Shown: piece by piece, positions 1 through 8,805 of the stretch
Layout of the letters: every line of letters starts with the position of its first letter
Numbering within the stretch: the first letter of the stretch is position 1
From: Candidatus Methylomirabilis limnetica
Lineage (GTDB): Bacteria > Methylomirabilota > Methylomirabilia > Methylomirabilales > Methylomirabilaceae
Direction: 5' to 3'
Assembly (NCBI RefSeq): GCF_003044035.1
Contig: NZ_NVQC01000026.1
Coordinates: forward strand, 1 to 32,000
Length of the DNA stretch: 32,000 nt
Made by a program: the position numbers and the translations under genes
Notes under the pieces: generated by a model
The model's input: the letters and a program-made list of their open reading frames with translations, nothing else
Told to the model about the DNA's origin: nothing
The model's database searches: none

Positions 1-293
1 AGCGCCGTGGTGATCGTCTTGGCGTGGCGGCCGGCATAGCGGGCCGCTGCACCACACCCACACGCAAGCTGCGGGCCGGCGTGGTCGGATTCGTCGGCGT
101 TGAGGCGCCCCTCCACCGCGCGACAGGCGACCCCGAGCGCCTGTCGGCGTACCGCCGTCTCGATCGCCTCGAAGTCGATCCCCTCGGCCGTGCCCGGACC
201 GATCAGCGCGTCGACCTCGGCTTCGATCTCGGCAACGAAGGCGCTTTTGAAGCCCCCTTTTTGGCCGCCGAGGGTTCGGCCGCCTGGGGGGCT
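1..293 (-). CDS. IS-type transposase, N-terminal part only (continues past position 1); lies in the -1 frame relative to the 203..628 ORF
   Basis: The minus-strand frame is open from 293 to 1 with no start codon. It translates to ...GFKSAFVAEIEAEVDALIGPGTAEGIDFEAIETAVRRQALGVACRAVEGRLNADESDHAGPQLACGCGAAARYAGRHAKTITTAL. I recall the LNAD-x-SDH ... C-x-CG ... ARYAGR-x-KT pattern from N-terminal regions of ISKra4-family transposases (memory only, not searched). Confidence 0.5.
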
Positions 294-628
294 TTAAGCT
301 GATCGTTACACAGTTTTTCGCTGACATCGACCAACTCACGGATCAGGCGACGAAACCGACGATATGCTGTAATCTGCTCCAGGGTCTGCGACACCGCCGC
401 GGCCGGGATAATCTTGGTCCGGGTCTTGCCCTCCACCGCATGGGTCAAGGACCAGCTGGGGCCATGCCCTCGCTCGCCCTGACCCGCACATCGGCAGGAG
501 GGCTTGCCACACTTGCGATAGCGCGCCACCAGAGAGCCGGGCCGCATATCCCCTACGGAGACGAGTTGCGCCCGCAGTGCATCACGTTGCCTTGAGAGTG
601 CATCAATCGGCGGAGTAGATGGTCCCAT
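203..628 (-). CDS. small Cys-motif protein, DUF6788-like (IS orfA-like)
   Basis: ORF track 203..688. I prefer the internal ATG at 628 because AGGAGG (complement of 633-638) sits 4 nt upstream. The product MGPSTPPIDALSRQRDAL...GSLVARYRKCGKPSCRCAGQGERGHGPSWSLTHAVEGKTRTKIIP matches my recollection of the DUF6788 signature (GSL-x-RYRKCGK-x-C-x-C ... HGP-x-x-SLT ... GKT). Confidence 0.6.
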   Translation of the reverse strand: MGPSTPPIDALSRQRDALRAQLVSVGDMRPGSLVARYRKCGKPSCRCAGQGERGHGPSWSLTHAVEGKTRTKIIPAAAVSQTLEQITAYRRFRRLIRELVDVSEKLCNDQLKAPQAAEPSAAKKGASKAPSLPRSKPRSTR

Positions 629-991
629 GGGGCCTCCTTTCTGACAGTTAATAAGACTGTCAGAATTATACCCCAAGCCCGCGCCCACTGCAACTCCCTA
701 AGCAGCCTCACTTTTATGTCGTGCACCCCATACGCTGGAACGATTTGCTAGGCACATCCTCTTTGTGTATCAAACTTAAACATGCTTATCCGGTTGACTC
801 CGAACGCTTCACCGGCCCCTGCAATGGGCCTGAGGGGCATTCCCATGGCCAGGGAAGGCCCCTGGGCTCCCAGAGAGCTGCGTTCTCTTGTTTCATCTCA
901 CGGCGACTCTTGCGGCGTCAGAGGAGACCAGGACGCAGATTTACGCGAACGAATCGTTTCGGAGTTAACTCAATAAGCATGAACTTAAATG

Positions 992-1116
992 GTCGCTGTC
1001 CCGAATGGCGCTAGTTTAAGGATTATTTGCATGAAAAAAATAGGTGAAAACATTGACTAAACCGGAACAGCTATTGTGCGGCGACAGCTTAAACTAGCGC
1101 CATTCGTCGCTGTCCC
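992..1116. repeat. MITE-like or palindromic element: 18-bp perfect inverted repeats flanked by an 11-bp direct repeat
   Basis: GTCGCTGTCCC (992-1002) + GAATGGCGCTAGTTTAAG (1003-1020) + 67-bp AT-rich core + CTTAAACTAGCGCCATTC (1088-1105) + GTCGCTGTCCC (1106-1116). It lies 24 nt downstream of the stop of the last R-M operon gene. Confidence 0.6.
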
Positions 1117-1139
1117 TATTTACACGGCTTATGCCATCG

Positions 1140-2240
1140 TTAAAATCCGAGGGATGCCAATCCCGGTTTCAGCGCTGCCTCCAGCTTGGTCATTGTCTCG
1201 ACCATCTCCGACTGAATCTCCGGCCATTGCGACTCCGGACTGCGGTAGCCGCCTCGCTCAATCACGTGTTTGATGCGGCAGGCGCGCTTGGTGTCGAGAC
1301 GTTCCCATGAAAGCGGCCCGCCGAACGCCTTTTCGATTTCGTCTTTGTGGGCGTGGAGCTGGTCGAAAATACGTTTGTTTTCAGTGGCCTCGCCCCGGTC
1401 AATGTAGAGTTCAGCGATGCCGTATTCCTGGACGATGGCGTAGTTGAGTCCGAGGCCGCGAATGCCAGAGCTTGCCCCCAGCCAACTGTGAGAGCCAGGC
1501 TTTATGTTGGCGTGCCGCGTCTTGCGGCTGCGGGCAATGGCGATCAATCCCGCCCAGAATTTCAACCGCACGTCGTAGCGTTCCGCCCGCTTCTTACGGC
1601 CCACCTGCTCTTTTTCCCTATGCTGCACTTGATACTCGTTGGCCTCGGGGAGAGGGATGATCTGCTGCACGTCGATCAACCGTTTCTCGCCGTCTTGGTA
1701 GGGGCGCAGGCGAACGCAGCGGATGTCGATGTCTCGCTCGCGCAGCCAGAGCACGGCGGTGGTGAGCTCCTTTCCGAAATCTTCAGAAACCAGCACAATG
1801 CGCACATCGGGGGCGAAGGCTTCCTCGTCTGGCTCTTCCCAGCCCAGAAAGGTGAGCATACGGGTGCGGGCTTCTTCAGCCGGTACGCCGATACGGGTCA
1901 GAAATTCGCCATGGATCTGCTCTGCCCTCGAAAACGTCATCGCTGACACCATGCTGGCGTAGCGGATGGCTTGGAGTTCCATGTGCCCGCCGTCGTTGGT
2001 GCGCTTCAATTCAATCACGACGAGATTCGCCTGCGGATCGATGGCGAGCAGGTCGATGCGGCGGCGGCTGTCGTCCCAATCGCCGAACTCCTCCGAGAGC
2101 ACATAGAGATCATCGCCCAGCACGTCGATTTGCGTGCGCAACAATCGCTGGAGGTCATCGCGCTCGCGCACCTTGAGGTCGGCAAACGACGATTGGCTGA
2201 GCGGGTGGAAGGCGTCTGGAGTCATTTCGTAGAGCGGCAT
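1140..2240 (-). CDS. PD-(D/E)xK nuclease-like N-terminal domain fused to a DUF4268-like C-terminal domain; fourth gene of the Type I R-M operon
   Basis: 366-aa ORF that starts 18 nt after the hsdS stop. The N-terminal part reads RRIDLLAIDPQANLVVIELKR (a D...E-x-K nuclease core). The C-terminal part (YDVRLKFWAGLI...SWLGASSGIRGLGLNYAI...ELYIDRG...FDQL...IEKAFG..L.WERL) matches my memory of DUF4268. Confidence 0.8.
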   Translation of the reverse strand: MPLYEMTPDAFHPLSQSSFADLKVRERDDLQRLLRTQIDVLGDDLYVLSEEFGDWDDSRRRIDLLAIDPQANLVVIELKRTNDGGHMELQAIRYASMVSAMTFSRAEQIHGEFLTRIGVPAEEARTRMLTFLGWEEPDEEAFAPDVRIVLVSEDFGKELTTAVLWLRERDIDIRCVRLRPYQDGEKRLIDVQQIIPLPEANEYQVQHREKEQVGRKKRAERYDVRLKFWAGLIAIARSRKTRHANIKPGSHSWLGASSGIRGLGLNYAIVQEYGIAELYIDRGEATENKRIFDQLHAHKDEIEKAFGGPLSWERLDTKRACRIKHVIERGGYRSPESQWPEIQSEMVETMTKLEAALKPGLASLGF

Positions 2241-2258
2241 GGCAATGGTTCTCCGGTG

Positions 2259-3725
2259 TTATGTTTGGGTGGTGAGTTCGGCGACGAGGGCAGAGAGGAG
2301 GTTCGCGGCGGTGGCGCGGGAGGAGGCGAGCTGCGTTTCCAACGCGTCCACCAAGGCCATCAGTTGCTCCACTTTGGCCACGATCCGGCGTTGTTCGGCG
2401 AGGGAAGGGACTGGAATCTCGAATTGTTCGATCATCGCTTTGGTTAACGCCTCGCGCGTTGCTCCGACTTGAACATCGTCAATCAAGTTTTGGACAACCG
2501 GACTCGCGAGAAACAATTCCAGGAATGGGGGAATGATTTCTGCACTCGGTCGAAGGATGCAGACGTGCTGGTTGACTCTCGCGCCTTCCATGTCTTTCGG
2601 CGCAGTGGCTACACGGCCAATCGAGGCACCTGTGATGTTCAGCAATACATCGTCAGCTTTGACGGTCACGTTTTTGAGCTTTTCGGCCTGCTCAGCGTTC
2701 AAGAACGCGAGGCCATGCCGCACAAATCCGCCGAAGTGGACATTCATCGACCGAATCAATGGCACTCCGGATTCTTGGTAGGATTCCTTCCCGCCCGACG
2801 GAGTGGAGCCGCTTCCGATCTTCGTGGTCAGTTCCTTCAGCTTTCGTGTTTCCCAGTCGGCCGATTCAGGATCATGCGGCACAAGCAAACCTTGGACGGC
2901 GAGGGTGAGGATGGATTTGCGGAGGTCGGCGGGGGGGATGGCGTAGGACGGGTGGAAGAGGAACGGGAGGTTGGCCGGGGTGGGCGCGTCGGCAAAGCGG
3001 GCCAGCGACGCGCGGGCGAGCGCGGCGTGCCGCGTCTCCCGTTCCTGCTGCTGCAAGACCAGCCGATCACACAACGCCATCAACTCATCCACCTTCGCCA
3101 CGATTCGCTTCTGCTCGGCGAGCGGTGGGACGACGACCAATAGGTCGCGAAGGTCGCCGAGAGAAACGTTGGGCATCGCGCCTCCCCGAGCTTTTGCCTT
3201 CACCTTGTTCGCAACGAACGAATCCAACTGCATTTTTAAAAACGGGATCTCGAATGACGCGCTAAAGCCTCGGATTATCGCCAACGCCTGATTGGTGTTC
3301 GCGGGCACGTCTCCAGAGCCAACGACGCAGGTCTTCCCGATTGTTCCCGCGATGGAAAAAAGGATGTCGCCACTTTCCAATTGGGATCGCTTCAGAAACT
3401 CATGCGTGGCTTCTGAGATGAACTGCTCCATCGAGGAACGATTGATGACTCCATCCGCGATGTTCTCCACCTTTACGAAAGGAATCCCTGATGCCTCATA
3501 TTGGTGACCGTAGGAGGTCGGCGTTGATCCCTTCGTAATCAACGATGCGATGCTCCCGAGAGTTTGTTTTGGCCATCCGCCGTTGGCCTCGAGCTCCGCA
3601 CTTTCGGAGGTTCTCAGGAGGCGGCCACCTATTGCGAAGTCGAGAATCAGCTCGCGCATCTTCGCCACCGCATCGGGCGCGTCGGCGAACTGGTCGAACT
3701 TCTCAAAAAACGTTTCCAGCTTCAT
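2259..3725 (-). CDS. hsdS: Type I restriction-modification specificity subunit
   Basis: 488 aa with two target-recognition halves, each followed by the conserved helix (LAEQKRIVAKVDELMALCDRL and LAEQRRIVAKVEQLMALVDALE). The start overlaps the hsdM stop as ATGA at 3722-3725. Confidence 0.95.
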   Translation of the reverse strand: MKLETFFEKFDQFADAPDAVAKMRELILDFAIGGRLLRTSESAELEANGGWPKQTLGSIASLITKGSTPTSYGHQYEASGIPFVKVENIADGVINRSSMEQFISEATHEFLKRSQLESGDILFSIAGTIGKTCVVGSGDVPANTNQALAIIRGFSASFEIPFLKMQLDSFVANKVKAKARGGAMPNVSLGDLRDLLVVVPPLAEQKRIVAKVDELMALCDRLVLQQQERETRHAALARASLARFADAPTPANLPFLFHPSYAIPPADLRKSILTLAVQGLLVPHDPESADWETRKLKELTTKIGSGSTPSGGKESYQESGVPLIRSMNVHFGGFVRHGLAFLNAEQAEKLKNVTVKADDVLLNITGASIGRVATAPKDMEGARVNQHVCILRPSAEIIPPFLELFLASPVVQNLIDDVQVGATREALTKAMIEQFEIPVPSLAEQRRIVAKVEQLMALVDALETQLASSRATAANLLSALVAELTTQT

Positions 3726-5197
3726 TCAGCAGTCCCGGCGGTGGCGGTGAGGGCTTGGTGGAGTTCCTGTTTCAGCGCGGCGCGGGTGGCGGCGATCTGG
3801 GCGAGGAGCTTTTCGTATTCGGGCAGGAGGTGGTCCACGTCGCCGGGGCCGGTGTCGGGGTTGTGCGGGTTCTTGAGGTCGAGGTTGAAGTTGCCGGCCT
3901 TGATGGTGTCGATGGAGACGCGCCAGGCTTGCTCGTTTTCCACGCGGGACTTGAAGCCGTCTTTTTCCTCGCCCCACCAGGCGCGCTCGGCCTCGAACTC
4001 CTCGATGCGGATGGGTTTGCCCTTGTTGTAGCTTTTGGCGCCGGGCGGATAGGGGTGCTCGTAATACCAGACGTGGGTGGTGGGCGCACCTTTGGTGAAG
4101 AAGAGGAGATTGGTGCGGATGCCGGTGTAGGGATTGAAGACGCCGTTGGGCAGGCGGACGATGGTGTGAAGGTTGCACTCGGTGAGGAGGGCTTCCTTGA
4201 TGCGGGTCTTGACGCCTTCGCCGAAGAGGGTGCCGTCGGGCAGCACGAGTCCGGCGCGGCCACCGGGCTTGAGGATCTTCATGAGGAGCACGAGAAAGAG
4301 ATCGGCGGTCTCGCGGGTGCGGAACTCGGCGGGGTAGTTGGACTCGATGCCGTCCTCCTCCATGCCGCCGAAGGGCGGGTTGGTGACAATGACGACCACG
4401 CGCTCCTTGGGCGACCAGTCGCGCAGCGGCCGGGCAAGAGTGTTGTCGTGCCGCACATTTGAGGGGACATCAATGCCGTGCAGGAGGAGATTCGTCATGC
4501 ACAGGACGTGCGGGAGGTGCTTCTTCTCGATGCCGGCGAAGCAGTCCTGGATGGTGCGTTCGTCGACCTCGGTCTTCGCCTGTTTGCGCAGGTGCTCGAT
4601 GGCGCAGACGAGGAAGCCTCCGGTGCCGCAGGCCGGGTCGAGGATGCTCTCGCCGAGCCTGGGGTCGACCTGCTCGACGATGAACTGGGTGACGGCGCGC
4701 GGGGTGTAGAACTCACCCGCGTTACCGGCCGACTGCAGGTCCTTGAGGAGCTTCTCGTAGATGTCGCCGAACATGTGGCGGTCATCGGAGGCGTTGAAGT
4801 CGATGCCGTTGACCTTGTTGATGACCTGCCGCATGAGTGTGCCGTTCTTCATGTAGTTGTTGGCATCTTCGAAGGTCATGCGGATGAGGCCGGCAATCTT
4901 GTCTGCGCCACCGGTCAGCGACTTCAGTTTGGGCAGAAGGGTGTTGTTGACGAAGTCGAGCAGGGCATCGCCGGTAATGCCCTCGGCGTCAGTGGCCCAG
5001 GTGGACCAGCGGAGGTGCGGCGGCAGCGGCGACTTGTAGTTGTCGCGAATAAGTTCGAGTTCCTTTTCGCGGTCGTCGAAGATCTTGAGGAAGAACATCC
5101 AGCCGAGTTGTTCGAGGCGCTGGGCGTCGCCGTACGTTCCGGCGTCCTTGCGCATGATGTCCTGGATGGACTTGACAATACTGGAGACGTTGGACAT
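3722..5197 (-). CDS. hsdM: Type I R-M N6-adenine DNA methyltransferase subunit
   Basis: 491 aa with an HsdM N-terminal region (FFLKIFDD), a SAM motif (DPACGTGGFL) and a catalytic NPPFG motif (VTNPPFGG). Confidence 0.95.
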   Translation of the reverse strand: MSNVSSIVKSIQDIMRKDAGTYGDAQRLEQLGWMFFLKIFDDREKELELIRDNYKSPLPPHLRWSTWATDAEGITGDALLDFVNNTLLPKLKSLTGGADKIAGLIRMTFEDANNYMKNGTLMRQVINKVNGIDFNASDDRHMFGDIYEKLLKDLQSAGNAGEFYTPRAVTQFIVEQVDPRLGESILDPACGTGGFLVCAIEHLRKQAKTEVDERTIQDCFAGIEKKHLPHVLCMTNLLLHGIDVPSNVRHDNTLARPLRDWSPKERVVVIVTNPPFGGMEEDGIESNYPAEFRTRETADLFLVLLMKILKPGGRAGLVLPDGTLFGEGVKTRIKEALLTECNLHTIVRLPNGVFNPYTGIRTNLLFFTKGAPTTHVWYYEHPYPPGAKSYNKGKPIRIEEFEAERAWWGEEKDGFKSRVENEQAWRVSIDTIKAGNFNLDLKNPHNPDTGPGDVDHLLPEYEKLLAQIAATRAALKQELHQALTATAGTAE

Positions 5198-5200
5198 GGG

Positions 5201-7570
5201 TCAGGCGGCTTCCTGGTAGAGATGGGTTTCGAGTTCTCTGATGGCGGCGAGGTACTTCTGCTTGCCACCAAAGAAGTTCACGATTTCGACCGGTGTGCCA
5301 AGCGTGGTTAGCGGATCGACCTTGAGGATTTCGAGAGACTCGACGCTCTTCAAGCCAGCGTCAGCGTACTTTTCGAGCAGAGCATCGAGCACGGCGCGCG
5401 CCCTGTCGCCATACTTGGCGAACACGTTGCGCTTGCGGACGTTCGCGGCTCGTTCGCGGCGCGTGAGCGGCGGTTGATCGAAGGCGACGTGACAGATGAG
5501 ATCGAAGGCGTCGAGGTCTTGGCCGACCTGTTCAGCCAGCTCGTCGAGGAACACCCCCTGACCGGCCAGCTCTTCGACGATGGCCTGCTTGCGGGCGGCG
5601 TCGTGCCAGGCATTCAGGAAGGCATTGAGTGATGTGTAGGCCTTGCGCACCGCCTTGCGGGTGTAGTCCTTGAGCGACTCGGTGATGAGCTTGCCGTCGA
5701 CGTCGAGGTATTGGACACGCTCGGTAACGACGGTGACTTCAACGTCGTTGACGTAGTACTTGACCGGCGTCTCGTGGATACCGAACGGCTTGGGCTCGAC
5801 GCCCCCTTCTGCCGTGGGGTCCGGGTACATGTCCTCCGACTCCGGCAAGGGTGCATCGTCGGGCGGTACCGGCGATTGATCTGCCTTCGGTTCGTAGATC
5901 TGGACGGGATCGCCGTCGAAGGTCGGGTCCGCAAACAGCGCAGTGGCCCGCTTGAAGTCCATTATGGTGAAGAAGAACTTGTTGTAGTCCTCGTTAATGC
6001 GCGTACCGCGGCCGATGATCTGCTTGAACTCGGTCGGGGAGTTGATGCGCTTGTCGAGCACGATCAGGTGGCAGGTCTGCGAGTCGACGCCGGTCGACAT
6101 CAGTTGCGAGGTGGTGACGATGACCGGGAAGGTGGACTCCGGATCGATAAAGTTGTCGAGTTGCGCCTTACCCTCCTCGTTATCCCCGGTTATCCGCATG
6201 ACGTACCTGCTGTTGGCAGCGGCAAGATCGGCGTTGGCGTTCACCAGCGCCTGGCGCATGCGCTCGGCGTGGTCAACGTTCGCGCAGAAGACGATCGTCT
6301 TGGCGAAGCGGTCGGTGGCCTTGAGGAACTCGGTGATCTTGGCGGCCACCAACTCAGTGCGTTTCTCGAGGACCAGACGCCGATCGAAATCGAGGTCGTT
6401 GTACTCCCGATCTTCAATCTCCTGACCGTACTTGTCGGTCTTGCCTTTCTCCGGACGCCACCCTTCGAGATCCTTATCGATACCGATGCGGACCACCTTG
6501 TAGGGCGCCAGGAAGCCATCTGCGATTCCCTGCTTGAGCGAGTAGGTGTAGATCGGGTCGCCGAAGTACTCGATGTTGGAGACGTCCCGGGTTTCCTTGG
6601 GCGTAGCGGTCAGGCCAATTTGCGTGGCCGACGAGAAGTAATCGAGTACCCTGCGCCAGGCCGCGTCGTCGGCCGCACTCCCGCGGTGACACTCATCCAC
6701 GACAACCAGGTCGAAGAAGTCAGGCGAGAACTGCTTGTAGATGTTCTGCTCTTCGTCGGTACCCGTAACCGCTTGGTACAGCGACAGGTAAATCTCGAAC
6801 GCCTTGTCGACTGTACGATTAGTGATCTTGGTCATCGCCTTACCGAACGGCTTGAAGTCGTTAATCTTGGTCTGGTCGGCGAGAATATTACGGTCGACGA
6901 GGAAGAGGATCCGCTTCTTGGCACCCGCTTTCCAGAGACGCCAGATGATCTGGAACGCCGTGTAGGTCTTGCCGGTGCCCGTCGCCATGACGAGCAGGAT
7001 GCGGTTCTCGCCGCGGGCGATGGCCTCGACCGTGCGGTTGATGGCGATAAGTTGGTAGTAACGCGGCGTTTTTCCCGAGCCGTCGTCGTTGTAGTCCTGG
7101 GTGGTCACCGCCTCCTGCGCGGCGGTGTAGCCCTTGCCCGCCCGGTAGCGTGCCCACAATTCTTCGGGCGACGGAAACTGGTCTAGCGGGATCTCCCGCT
7201 CCACGGTGCCGCCGGACCCTGTCCTGTCATGTTCCAGGAACGCGTCGCCGTTGGAGCTATAGGCGAAGGGTACATCGAGGATCTCTGCGTATTCGAGCGC
7301 CTGCTGGATACCTGCCCCCACCGCGTGCGTGTTGTCCTTTGCCTCGATGACCGCGATCGGGATGCCCGGCTTGTAGTAGAGGAGATAGTCGGCCTTCTTG
7401 GCCTCACCACGCTTGACAGTCTTACCCCTAACGATGACCCTGCCCTTCGTGAAATAGAACTCCTCGCGCAGCTGCGTCATCACGTTCCACTTGCTGCCGG
7501 TCGGGCCGACGAGCGCGGGGGTGATGAACTTCGTGCGGATGTCCGTTTCGGTCAGGGTCTTCTTATCCAT
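5201..7570 (-). CDS. hsdR: Type I restriction enzyme R subunit (helicase/endonuclease)
   Basis: 789 aa with an N-terminal nuclease region (ADYLLY...VIEAKD), helicase motif I (MATGTGKT) and motif II (VVDECHR). The C-terminal region resembles the EcoEI-type R C-terminal domain (recollection). The stop lies 3 nt before the hsdM start. Confidence 0.95.
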   Translation of the reverse strand: MDKKTLTETDIRTKFITPALVGPTGSKWNVMTQLREEFYFTKGRVIVRGKTVKRGEAKKADYLLYYKPGIPIAVIEAKDNTHAVGAGIQQALEYAEILDVPFAYSSNGDAFLEHDRTGSGGTVEREIPLDQFPSPEELWARYRAGKGYTAAQEAVTTQDYNDDGSGKTPRYYQLIAINRTVEAIARGENRILLVMATGTGKTYTAFQIIWRLWKAGAKKRILFLVDRNILADQTKINDFKPFGKAMTKITNRTVDKAFEIYLSLYQAVTGTDEEQNIYKQFSPDFFDLVVVDECHRGSAADDAAWRRVLDYFSSATQIGLTATPKETRDVSNIEYFGDPIYTYSLKQGIADGFLAPYKVVRIGIDKDLEGWRPEKGKTDKYGQEIEDREYNDLDFDRRLVLEKRTELVAAKITEFLKATDRFAKTIVFCANVDHAERMRQALVNANADLAAANSRYVMRITGDNEEGKAQLDNFIDPESTFPVIVTTSQLMSTGVDSQTCHLIVLDKRINSPTEFKQIIGRGTRINEDYNKFFFTIMDFKRATALFADPTFDGDPVQIYEPKADQSPVPPDDAPLPESEDMYPDPTAEGGVEPKPFGIHETPVKYYVNDVEVTVVTERVQYLDVDGKLITESLKDYTRKAVRKAYTSLNAFLNAWHDAARKQAIVEELAGQGVFLDELAEQVGQDLDAFDLICHVAFDQPPLTRRERAANVRKRNVFAKYGDRARAVLDALLEKYADAGLKSVESLEILKVDPLTTLGTPVEIVNFFGGKQKYLAAIRELETHLYQEAA

Positions 7571-7871
7571 TGTTCCTGCGATCGCGGCTCACGCTCCAGG
7601 CCAGTAGGGTATGCGAGGCTAGCGGCATGGCAACGACTTCAGTGATCGATGTCATTCCGGGCTCTCGCAACCCCACAGTTCCCTCGTCTAGCCGATGCGC
7701 CCAACCATGAAGTGAGCCGCGTTAGAGGTCGACAAAGGCCGGCGACCCATCTCCCAAGAAAGCTCCACTTCTCAACGACGAATTTGTTCGCAATCTCCCA
7801 CACTTACCCCAACCGGTCAAGACTATTTAGCCGACAAACGCTGCCAGCTTCGGTGGCCTATCTCGGCCGCC

Positions 7872-8774
7872 CTATAGGCGATCAGCGGAGCTATTGGCCC
7901 CCAGTCCACCCCGGTTCAACATGTGGGCGTAGATCACCGTAGTGCTCACATCCAGATGACCAAGCAACTCTTGGACCGTCCGAATGTTATAGCCACTTCA
8001 CACAGGTGGGTGGCAAACGAATGACGGAAGGTGGGGCACTGCAGGTTGAGAGCACCCAGCGTCACGAGTCGCCTGCTTCACGGCCCGCTGCAGGACGGAC
8101 TCGTGTCGGTGGTGCCTGCGCTGTTCGCTGGTGATCCGGTCGGTGGCGTGGCGTGAGACCGGAACGACCCATTGCCACCCCCACTCCTTCAGCTAGACTG
8201 GCGTGGACCGGGCCGCGCCGGATGTCGCCCTTGAGTTGGACGTACCCTGCGACGGCTGGTGCCCCAAGGGGCGCAACGGCCGGGCCGGGCTCGGTGTCTA
8301 CGATCCGCTTGCTGGTCTCCCGATGCTCTGGAATCCGGCGACCGGGTAGCGTTACAGCGTGGGGAAGGGGAACAGATGACAGCGGGGATGCCACCCTTGA
8401 CATCGCGGTGTCCACCTCGCTTGACATGACCACCGCATCGCAGCGTCGATTACCACCACGAATCTGCCCTGCGGGAAGTCAACATGACGGGAGTGTAATC
8501 TGCACCACCCTCGGTGGCAGACGCGGTCCCTGTGGGCATCACTAACATACACTCTGCCACCTCATGCACGGCTCCCAAGGAACCTTTAGATAATCGCGTC
8601 GCGAAGGCTGGTCGAACTCTCAACGGGATCCTAGCCTACCTCCCTGACCGGGCGATGATCCGAATCACATACGAAGCGGCCCAGGGCCGCATGCCCCCTG
8701 CTGAGGCACCGATGTTCGCCACCAGACGGTACCACGCCCTGTTGCGGCAAGCTGGGCTGCGGCAGTTGCAGCAT
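7872..8774 (-). pseudogene. intI: integron-integrase-like tyrosine recombinase, decayed by several frameshifts and in-frame stops
   Basis: Manual minus-strand translation gives, in shifting frames: ...EWGWQWVVPVSRHATDRITSEQRRHHRHESVLQRAVKQATRDAG, then CPTFRHSFATHL, then [40 protein letters not shown]-stop (stop at 7872-7874). This tracks the IntI1 C-terminus as I remember it (W-x-W-x-VF...RRHH...QRAFK.AV..AGI.K.AT.HTLRHSFAT.LL..GYDIRTVQ.LLGH.DVSTTMIYTHVL..GG.GV.SPLD). The longest intact ORF in the track here is only 123 aa. The N-terminal limit (ATG at 8774) is approximate. Confidence 0.75.
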
Positions 8775-8805
8775 CTTGTTTTACGGCGAGCCGGCGTCTC
8801 CGGGA

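Larger units (their letters stand above)
1..663 (-). mobile_element. partial insertion sequence (ISKra4-like); the inner end was not identified and the right boundary is arbitrary, set at the 641-663 palindrome
   Basis: Based on the two ORFs above. The palindrome CTGACAG-N9-CTGTCAG at 641-663 lies directly upstream of the orfA Shine-Dalgarno. No terminal inverted repeat could be verified because the other end lies outside the window. Confidence 0.4.

Noticed and set aside
1347-2447. Plus-strand ORFs 1347..1946 and 1971..2447
   Set aside because: They are antisense to the DUF4268/nuclease gene and have no recognisable motifs. I treat them as a GC-rich shadow-frame artefact.
3545-7186. Long plus-strand ORFs (3545..4462, 4478..5311, 5711..7186; up to 491 aa) opposite hsdM and hsdR
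   Set aside because: They are antisense to genes with unmistakable methylase and helicase motifs. Their translations are G/A/V/R/D-rich low-complexity strings typical of the reverse frame of GC-rich coding DNA.
7923-7932. Tn7-terminus-like TGTGGGCGTA
   Set aside because: It is the complement of the IYAHM coding segment of the integrase remnant. It shows that TGTGG-type strings arise by chance here, which lowers confidence in my proposed transposon ends.
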